DNA from: Catajapyx aquilonaris
Lineage: Eukaryota
DNA: 55,296 nt
Direction: 5' to 3'
Assembly: GCA_000934665.2 (NCBI GenBank)
Contig: KZ539385.1
Location: 1 to 55,296 of the forward strand
Below are positions 8,940-55,296 of the stretch, piece after piece; the stretch's first letter is position 1, and each line of letters starts with the position of its first letter. The translations under genes and the position numbers were made by a program. The notes beneath the pieces were generated by a model. That model saw only the letters and a list, made by a program, of their open reading frames with translations, had not been told where the DNA came from and searched no databases.

Positions 8940-11900
8940 AAGCTTTAGGTTATTTTTATTCTTCACTTCCAGGACCATGCATGAAGTTCCCACCCCATCA
9001 CTGAAACAGGAATGGCGGCCAAACTATGAGGGTACATTCGAAAATTCTTTCCGCTGCAATCATTACATTTCAAGCAGGCATTTCCGCTGAATCCGATACC
9101 TCCGGGGGATAGTGAATTTGGTGCACGGGCTTTCGAAGTCTCCAAAATTTCTTTCACTGTATGGTACATTCAGTACAATGGCCTTAGATTCTAACTTGCT
9201 GGTTGAAAATTCACAATCAATCATTCTGGACGCCAAATTCACACTGGTCAATTATTCACAGGTAGGTTGAATATAGCATCTGCTATACAATATATTATTG
9301 GACACACAGATTGGGATACAAAAAGCTGCACAAAGAGAACAACTTGGGGCAAAATTTGCAAAAACTATGAGACCCAAATACTTGGAACACACTGTATTTG
9401 GGACAGGGAGCTAAGGGATCAATCTGTAATAAAAACAAAAACACAAGAGCTACTTCCAAAATAGGATTTACTTTGACAGCCATCGCGGTACATGAACATA
9501 TTCCTGATTGACTCTTTTATATATCCCACCGCTTGGTTGGTACAAATGTGTGTTCCTATTTTCTTGATTCTTTTCATAATGCTCACTATTAAGACTACAA
9601 TTTTTCTTTTCTACAAAAATGAGGAAGAGACTTTCATTCCTACCCTTCATCCATTTCCTGGAGGAAATGGAAGTCTCTTCTGCACAATATAAGTCTCTGA
9701 GCACCGTGGACATTCCTTCCCTTTACGTGTTTTTTTTAAAAAAGATCCCCCTTTTTTCAGAAAGGAAATAAAGAAAACCAGAAGTAATGGTGTGTGACAG
9801 TCCTACCCTGAAAATTCATGCACTTTCCCTTGACCTTGCATATCCCCCTGCTATACCTTACGCACTATGGCACAATGACAGGGTACGACCAAGTGTCATC
9901 TCCCTTTGGAACTGATATAGTAATCATTCCTTTCCCTCTCCGAAAAGGAGGGCTGAACTTCTTGTGGTGTGGGGGGGATTGAGGACATGGAGGTGGGGAG
10001 CATGTGGAAGAGGCGTCAAAACAAGACAAAAACCAAGAAGCAAAGTGAAACTGACTTGTAAAAGAACGCATTCCTGAGTTGTATATTGGTAGGACGCACA
10101 AGTTGCTTAAATTTCTTTGGCATTTCCCTCGACTAAAAAATAGCGGGACACAGCAATAATAAATGACGATGATTAATAATAATATTAATGATAATAATGA
10201 TAATAATAATCATATTCCCTTCTGACTATCCACCGAGTCACTCACCCTCAATCATATAATCATAGCACAAGACTGTCGAGTAATGGTAACAATTAACTTC
10301 CGCATACACAATGTCTTTGTGGAAAGGTATATAATATACACAGTTCCAAATACATGTAAACAAACAGACAAGTAAACAAATGAGGGAAAAAAGAGCCTCC
10401 CAAGACACAAAGAAAGGAATGGCACTATGGCGGTCCACCGTTCTCAATAATAGACATAACTGGCACAATTTTTCTGATGACTCCCCTTCCTCGCCATTAA
10501 AAATATGAATATTCATTCAACAGAAAGGACTTGAGGAAGGGGTTGCTTCACAAGACAAGGAGGATAAAAATAATGTCATTACAGCAGGCACTTCCTGCAC
10601 AGAAAATTTGACAATGGGAAGTACAGTACACAAAAAAAGACGTTGGGCTTCCCAAAATACTATTGATTCATAACAGGATCGAAGATTGAGCTAAAGATGT
10701 CAAATTTCAATAATTAAAAAATCAAAATCTCATGAAAATAGCAGCCCGCAGCACAAACTGGTCTGGTTTTGGCAAACTCTATGGCACGTTGGTTACTAGC
10801 TACATTTGGCTACCAACATCTCAAACACAACCTTACTATGCTCCTGGAGTGAACTTATTGATGCAATGGTGCAAAATGTCTTCTCATATTTAAAAAATGA
10901 ATAACTTTTAACAGTTAGTCACACGAACATCTGCAGTGCCACAAAAAATATGAATGAAAAACAGCATATATTTTCAGGCAAAAATATGACGGCTGACTGG
11001 ATTAGGAGCTCCAGTGAGGTCACGGTAAAACCTGTGATATCTCTACTTCAATGCTGATGTACAGTAGCATATACTTAGATTATGAAGTCCACTACTGCAT
11101 ACTTGCACTGGATCAGACATAACTTGAATTCCATGAACTCATAGTACCGGTAACTCATGACCCAGTCCATCTTCATGTTTTGTCCAGCTGATAGTATTTT
11201 GTGACTACATTGTATGACAATGATACAACATCAGGAATTTCCTGTGCTTTTTATGTGTTGCTCTTCTGGCACTAACTGTACCCATTGGCATTAGCAGAAA
11301 CGTAATGTACGTTAGTGTGGCATCTGTTTCGGATAGTTAAATCCACAATCAAAAAGGATGCTTCCAAATACAATTTCTGCTGTGGTTTTGGGAAGCCCAA
11401 CAACGTAAAAATAACAACAACAGTATCTTCGACTAGCACTCAGGAAGTCACCAAAACTAACAACAGCAAAAAAAAAAGTGTTTTTTTTCCTTCATTTTGT
11501 GAAGTTTTGTTTACCCATGTGTGAACATCCCGCAACAACAAAACCACATACAAATATCCCCTCTATGACCTCCCCCACGTTTAAAACTTTCCTCTATGCT
11601 TTGTCAAAATTCGAACCATTCCCACACTTTCCTTACCCACCTTTGCAAATGTGCCCTTATATGCAGGACTCAAGGCAATTGTCCTCTTTGCATCTCAAAA
11701 ATAACAATAATAATCTTTGGAGTGTATGGATCTGGTGAGGGGAGAATGGGCTTAGCTAGGGGAGGTGAGGGGACAACAAAAGACTCTTAAAATAATCAAG
11801 ATACATCGAATAAATACAAGGTAACTATGCTTAAGTACAGAACACGACCTTTGACTTGCACTTAAGCGACTCGTCGGAGGGAGGGACACAAAACAATATT

Positions 11901-13128
11901 ACCTCAACTTCATAACACAAAATCCGGACGGGAAGAGGAGCACGAAAGTCACGTGCATAAATATATAATGTGTGTATGTATGTGGGTGTGCCAAGAGTAC
12001 AGGAGAGTTAGTTTTAAAAATCACACGTATGTAAACAAGCGCTGTGTGTTGGTTGGCACATTGCAAGTGACAACTCTTTGGCCTTTTTCCTACTACGACT
12101 CTCAACACAAACCAGAGTTAACACAACAGTGTTTGATTCAGTGCTGGTTGTCCGGGACATAAACTGAACTAAGCCATGCTCATGAACAAAGAAGACCACA
12201 AAAGAGAACTCACAAAACTAATTTTGGAAGCACCGTCTCAGCTTAATATTTTACTTCATATAAAAGAAATGACTCGCAAAAAACATACAAAAGTCTCTAT
12301 CCCGGGGGAACTTGTAGGTAGTGCGTATTTTCTGTTAGTATTGACTCATAACGTCGCTATTCTAAATCCCCTCCCCACGAACGAACAAACAAACAAAGAC
12401 TAGTCTTAACATTTGTCTCGGCACGATTTACAAATAAAGAAAAAACAGACAGGGGAGGAAAATCATCATGTGGGAGAGAAAAAAAAAACACAGGGCAATA
12501 ATAGTGACACAGTGAAGCAAACAGGTTAACAAAAAAAAAATCTTCATCAGAACTATTAAAATTTGTACTGTGCTCAACATTTCTATCTACAGTACTTTTC
12601 CCATATCATAAACAACATTACTCTGAATCAATGCATTTTCTCTTGGAGGCTGGATAAGTGAGATAGGTCAAGGAATCAACAATGTTAAAAAAACTGGCCT
12701 TTTCTATCTGTTGGTTGCTTGGGTTACCTTCAAAAATGGGGACAAAAGTTTGAGGCAGGGGAATGGTTACCAGGATAACAGAAGTAGGAAAAAACTAAAA
12801 CAAAGAAGTACCTATCTGCACGGCACGAGACACAAAAACTGCACTTTTTGGCAGATGTTTCTTAATAACAATATATATCTGTGTATATATGTATAATAAT
12901 ATAATATATATGTATCTATACCTCTCTTCTCCTTGTACAAAGGTCAGTCTGCAAGACCCAACATTTTTTGCCCCCAAAAAAGCTACCAAAAAACTGTTTG
13001 TCCCAAAAAAATTTTAGTCTTGATTTGGTGGTAACACTTACGATAGACGTGAACACACGTTACGGACGGCGGGCGGGCAGAGTCAGGGTTCAAATCAAGG
13101 TCACAAGACACGCACGCCACCTATGCAT
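8940..13128 (-). other. Putative terminal non-coding exon (long 3' UTR) of the CELF gene; 3' end uncertain
   Basis: Strong acceptor ctgttttttttctctcctag at 13129 pairs with the donor at 14874. The downstream sense strand is U/UG-rich. The only AATAAA I noticed on the sense strand is at 8955-8960. Confidence 0.55.
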
Positions 13129-14112
13129 CTAGGAGAGAAAAAAACAGAGGGGTCACGATGTTAAAAAAAAAAACCAAGCCAGGATATGAAAAACAAGAAA
13201 AAGACAAATAATGAGTTATGTTCTTCCTTCAACCCTGCTGTTACCCCTCCCCAAATGAGTGACACCTGACTGGTAGGCTAACATGTATACACATAACTGC
13301 TCCTAAAGCTGTGGTGCTTGTCCAAGACAGGGTTAATTTGGGCTATGGTTGCCAATCAAAATGGAAAATACACTTGCCCATGCGTATGTGGAACACAGGA
13401 AATGACAAATTTCCAATCTGATTGGCAGTGAAGAGTTAACTGTGCCATCTGCACCACAACATTTAAGCCCGCACTAAGTGGGATTTGTTATGGACAAATA
13501 AATATGATGAGCCACCAAACATTGCAAAGAGGGAGAATAGGGACACTGGTGCGTTTTCCCCACCGAAGTCACAATAAAAAATCACACTGGATGGGTGAAA
13601 ACTAATAACAACACCCACTTTGCCTCACAACCACACAACAATCATTTAGATTAGTTACATTGAAGCAGAAATTAATCTGTCTCCTGAATGCAAGGTTTCC
13701 ATTTTAAGCCTTGTGCCGTTTCATGCTGGAGGCTCTACTGTCCACAAACATACAGGTAATTCAACAGTTGAATCAAATAAATAAACAGACATTGAGAATA
13801 CGTACACTGATATGTTACTAGTCAATAAGCCAACATGCTCCGTGGTGCAACACACAGTATGAGAATTTCATGCAATCTGTGAAACAATTGCTTCAGTATT
13901 ATGTATTTGTGAATTTTGCTCCATCCCAATCATGTGTGACACAACAATAACAAAATATTCACTGCATGATGGGAAGGTAGACAAATATGGCACCGAGAAA
14001 TAAGTAACACAGGCAAAAAACAATCATGTGTAGGTCAAACTGAAGACGGGGGTTGATAATTACTGCAGATATGTGTGTAGCAAGAGGGCGGGAGAGAGGG
14101 GGGGGGGGGGAN

Positions 14113-14144
<32 letters not shown>
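14113..14144. repeat. (GA)n microsatellite after a poly-G run
   Basis: Direct reading. Confidence 0.95.
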
Positions 14145-14148
<4 letters not shown>

Positions 14149-14885
14149 GTCGCACTTCCTCATAAGGTCCCTCTTTACAGTGCCTTGGCCAATCGACTCC
14201 TGTTTACCTTGAGCCTGTCTTCACCATGGGAGTAAGCTTAACTAACTTATCTTAAAAGTAATAATTTCATATTTCTTCATGAACTGGACATTACACTGAC
14301 ACTGACTCACTTCACAATCCTTTACTCCATTGACACTTTCCCATCTTGGAAGTGTTTATAGAGAAAATTGTGAACTGCATACCCATGATCAAATATATGA
14401 TCCCTGAACACTTAAAAAGTCCAACTGAAATTGTAGTGTGCAATCATCAGGCACAATAATACTAGGGCTGAAGGATTACATTTTAATTCGTGATGACTAG
14501 AACCTAGAGTAACTTAAATGCCTGTATTTTTGTCCACACTAAACATAGTGACATGCCTACATTACAGACAACATTTCACACATTTTAAATAATAGATAAA
14601 TGTTTAAAAAGCCCTTCCAATCTAGAGCACAGCCTTAACATCCTTCAGTGTTTCTATATCACACCCTGAGGTAATATCACAGCAACACGTCAACAAGGTA
14701 CCGGTACCAGAATATAATAGACAAAACAGATGGGCACCTTCAACGTTGAAAAAAAAAATTATAGAAAGATTAAGTCCCAGCCCCACTTAAAATACTTTTC
14801 TCAAGAAAAAGTATGCAATAGTCCTGCTTGAGTTACCCGCTTTTTTTTCCACATCGTTCCCTGCTGGTACTTACTCGGAGATTTG

Positions 14886-51014
<36,129 letters not shown>

Positions 51015-54000
51015 CTGGAAAGATAAGAAAGGGTGTTAAGTCGAGGAGAAGGAGCACTTGAGAGCCAAAAATACGATGGCTCGAATGGCACAAGTTGGGT
51101 GACTAATACGACTGAACCCTCCATCCCTTCCGGCCAGGTGTCAGGGGTTAGGAAAATCATGACCACGATTTCATCATGCATGCGCAAGTAATGGCTCCTA
51201 ATCAACTGGGAGCCAGAAGCCCCCTCCAGTTCAGCCAAAGCAATCGGGGATGGTATCTTGCCTTTCCACCACACTCATGCCCCAGACTACTCGAAGTGGA
51301 AGAGTCTGGAGGCAAGGTGGTGCTAGACACCAGCAATCACAACAACCGGGGAAAAAAGGGATTTCGACTGAAAATGGAACAAGTGCGGTAATGGCAGAGC
51401 CGTAAATTGCGGCCATAAATCCAACAGCATGCACTATGGCATAATGAGGGATTTGTGTGGGCCATTAGCATTATTTTTCTTCGGGGGTTTCCCCCTCCGT
51501 CTCCCCCCTATAGGCCACACAGGGAGGGTCTTCTTCGGCAGCCACCACTACCATACAGCAGTATGCACCAGCCGCTTTCTCCACCCCCTCCCAACACCAC
51601 CTTCCGAAACCCCCATTAGGACCAGCCGGTCCCGGACCAACAATAGGCACTAATTTTCTACGTTGTTAAGCATAACAGACAACCTTCTTCCCCCCAACTT
51701 AGTTCTAAAGCAGCTTTCATGATAATCTTATTAAGGAAGGAATTATGGAAATGGCGGTAGCGTTACGGGGATGGGAATAAGCCATTCCGCGCCATTGGCA
51801 TTCACGAATGGCAAGGGAAATGCGATTTCCAGGCCCTTAGTTTCGCTAATACACTTTCTTTGTACAGTGCCAACCAAACATCTGCGGCGTGCTTCACTTT
51901 CCACTTGGCCTGCCTGTCACGAGCTTTCCTTTCCTCGCACTGCAAACACATTCTCTTATATAGGGTACCCCCGTAGTACCAGCGCGCGGTACATTCATCA
52001 ACGGGCTTTGGGAATCCCATCATTTCCCAGCCACTTTGATTAGACCCACCCCCGCCCGCTGTATTCACCCTGCGTGTTACTTTTGCCCGACTGACGATTA
52101 CGTTATGACTACAACATCCATAATGAACAAGACTTGATTGAAGTCTATCGCCTAGTTACATGGCGGAATTTTGTTATTCCGCTGCAGGATATTATGGGAC
52201 GGGGGGGTACCAGAGGAAAGGAACGGGCTGTTGGCCTCTCCCACCATGCCCTCCCGCGAATCAATTTCTCGCCTATGCACGTTTCCCTTGCTCTTCCATG
52301 CCATGTTTGCCCAGCTTGAATTTCACCCATCCCTTCCTTATACCTACCACTGCACATCCTACGTTGCACAGTGTACGGTAATTGACTCCCAGCAGACGTG
52401 ATCAAAAATATTCTGTCCACATCGCGCTACGTGCACTGACAAGAGCGGTGTGAAGTATTTGGACGGGTTCAAGTGGTCCAAGAGCGGAGCTGGGGCTTCA
52501 TCTGCCTGTATAGCAATGTGCAGCGGGCCGCCATTGATTGGCTCCAATATTGGCGCGGTCATTGAGAGAGACCAAATGTTGGAAAGCCCTCCTGCTGGTC
52601 CTCTTCGGCGCAGTCAATGCGCCCTGCGGGCCTTTGTCACGTACATAACACTGGGATGGTTTTAAAAAAAAAGTACTGCAATCGACCGAATGTCAAGACT
52701 ACACACTTGAACATCCATGCATGTAGTCCACAAGTCACAATTTGGGTGTGCCATATTTCCACCACTTTCCAGGCTATACGTTGCTCATTTCAAAAATAAT
52801 CCCGTCTAATTGCGAGGCAAATATTTCCGCGTATTAGGCTCCCTTGAATTTCCAGATCCGTCAACACCAGCCTGAATCTTGAATGGCGGTCTGAGTAATT
52901 GAAAGAGTGGGAGCCGAGTCCGCATTGAAATCAAGTAAAGCGTACCTATCTGCAGGTGGTATGGCTCCTAGCTTGCATGCCACCTCCCTTATCAATTGGC
53001 ATCTCGGGAACCCCAAATCTATAATTCATCACGGCGGCAGAGACGGCAAAAGGCAGGCAGGCAGGCAGGCAGAGGGGCCTTTTCTTCTCCTTCACCCCCT
53101 GATGCAGCTATCGTTTGCAATACAAGCAGAGGGGGAAAGAGAAGAGTGGGGCACAAAGCCCAATAGGCAGGCAGCAGGCAGACGCGTTTATTGGCAAAGT
53201 GCAACAGTGGAGAGGGGGTAGGGAGGAGAGTATTGTCGAGGGAGAATGAGGCGCTTTGGGGCCATCCCAGCTCCAGACGACGGCTTCACACCCACCTACC
53301 TATTCCATCACTTGCAATTGAAAACGCTCATAAATGTTTCATCCGATCCATCTCCCTCCTTTTATGCCCCCTCAAACTTTTTATTCCATTTTTAAAACCT
53401 CCTTCGTCCTGTTGCCTCTCCCCACCCCTTTTGTCCTGGCCTCCCAACTATTGCTGCCATCAAAGAAACATCTTGCAATTGCTCATTTTGCACGCATCTC
53501 ACACACTACCACTTTCGGTATATTGTCAGCTCAATTTCATTACGTACTGTGACACCTACCAGCAGGAGGGCTTAGCGCTAGATGTATTCAATTATTGTAG
53601 CCTGCATGTGTGCATTATTTTGCTGACAAACGCCACTAAAATTCGGGTCTCGGGAACGTGCAGATGTAGAAATAGAAAACCCAATTCCCTACTGACTATG
53701 TCGAATTTTCAGCTATTGTGCTTACAGTTACAGTACATCCGTAAGCCCAAAGGCGTCTTTTAAACCGAATAAAAAGTTAGGTACAGACAAGATTACCCCG
53801 GCTACATCTCGTATTAAAGATTTTCTTCTTGGCTCTCACTACAGATGATACACATTTCAATCTGCTCCCCTTTTTTGCTGATTTGGTCCAAAAGAAGGGA
53901 ATGATGAAGTGGACTTCCGGAGAAAAAGTGCAAGCGATCCTCAGCGTTGGAAGTCGCAAAAAAAGAAGCTGGGAAAACCATGCTTCTCAGCTAAAGAAAT

Positions 54001-55296
54001 TTTACCCTTAAAAAGCGTGGGACGAGTCAAATCGGATCTATCTCCCCTGGCAGTTGGCCTTGTTATCTCCGGAAGGCAGCTTGGAATTCAGGTTGGCAGC
54101 AGCAAAGTTGGGAAATATGACGTGAAGGAAGAAGAGGCGGACGGTGCTTGAGTTTGCAGGTCCCATTGGACTGCTCCCCTCCGACCATTGTGTTGGGCAT
54201 AATACCACACGTACGTGTCGGGGGAGCCAATCTCCACTATATAGTAAGAAGAAGCACAAGATATCCTTACCCCCCCAATCCCCCCCACTCTCTGGCTGGC
54301 TGGCTGCTCCCTAACCTGAGGTCGAAGCAACCAGGGCCAATTCCATGCCAGACATGTGCCAGCCAGTATTTCGTTTTTCCATCTTTCTCCGGATCTTCCC
54401 ATTTTTGGCTTTCCCTTCTTCCCTCATTTTTTTTGATGTGCCCCGACCCCCACCCACCCACATGGCTTTCTTCTGCAGGAGAGGACAATTCTGTCGAGCG
54501 CGTTGTCCCACCGACCAGACATGGCAGCAGCAATTGATTTCGGACCGCCGGAACCAAGTGAGGAATACAAAGCAACTTGGGTGTGGGTAGGGAACCTGTT
54601 GGTTGTTGGAGACCTTCCCCACCATCTTTCCTTCATCGCTCTCTTGAGTTCCCAGGGAGGACCCCAAAAAAAAAAAAAAATGGCAAACGGGGTTGAATGC
54701 CACCTTCATTTGCGAAACACAAGTGGGCCTAGTCCCAAATGAGTCGCACCGTACACACACGTCGGTGTCTGGTATTTACGCCCTCCAGCCTCTAACTAGA
54801 ACAGCTAACAACAATACGTGCAAACAAGCCCCGCGCACAAAGCGCTACTTGAGCCATTCTCAGCATTCCTCTTCGCCTTACACGTTTCATTTGCGCCACA
54901 GAATTTGCGACAGGCCTCCGGACTCCCAAAGCATTCGATGACAATATAGTCCCTTCCACTTCAAGACACATGTAGCCTTCGCCCAAGTTGTTTACTACAT
55001 TGGCCATCAAGGCTTAGAGGCCAAGAGACAACAATCGTAATTAATGACGTGCTTCTCCTGCCGAAAATCAGGCCTGTACAAGGTGAGGAATCACAAAATC
55101 TACCTTCCTGAATTTTGAAGCCATCCCTCTCCCACGCACACAGCCTTCATTAAAAATAACAAGCACAGCAGCCAGCACAATCGCAGAACATGCGGTACTG
55201 GGGAAAAAACCAGGCCAAAAATGTGACTTTGGGCAAAATGAGCACCGGGGTTCAGATGAGAGGAACCTGCTGCATTTCATCAAGGGACTGGCTTCG

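Overview
AT-rich, repeat-littered animal genomic DNA. It is probably an arthropod or other protostome, inferred from the TCAGT initiator/DPE promoter and TTAGG-type motifs. It is not prokaryotic, and no CRISPR or operon structure is present. Most of the window (about 9-55 kb, minus strand) is one CELF1/2-subfamily (CUGBP/ETR-3/Bruno-1-like) RNA-binding protein gene. I could reconstruct 14 coding exons with GT-AG boundaries and consistent phase (1568 nt, from the second half of RRM1 through RRM2, a low-complexity linker and RRM3 to the stop); the first RRM1 exon lies beyond the right edge. Notable features of this gene: an intronic Inr+DPE promoter predicting an RRM1-less isoform, three tandem symmetric microexons (33/30/27 nt), an intron 11 nt after the stop codon, and a long 3' UTR with a perfect GU-rich CELF site. 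The left 7 kb holds the most unusual element: a non-canonical intron-containing tRNA-like gene (1990-2125, minus) with fully compensated stems, a structured 63-nt intron, an upstream TATA/E-box/double-CRE array and a second downstream B box. It sits back-to-back with a candidate small spliced orphan gene. Also present are an old inverted duplication with later insertions, tRNA-derived SINEs with TSDs, several MITEs (hAT, mariner, Helentron-like), microsatellites, N gaps and a 520-nt poly-T run that is probably an artefact. Everything was read by eye; no database searches were run.
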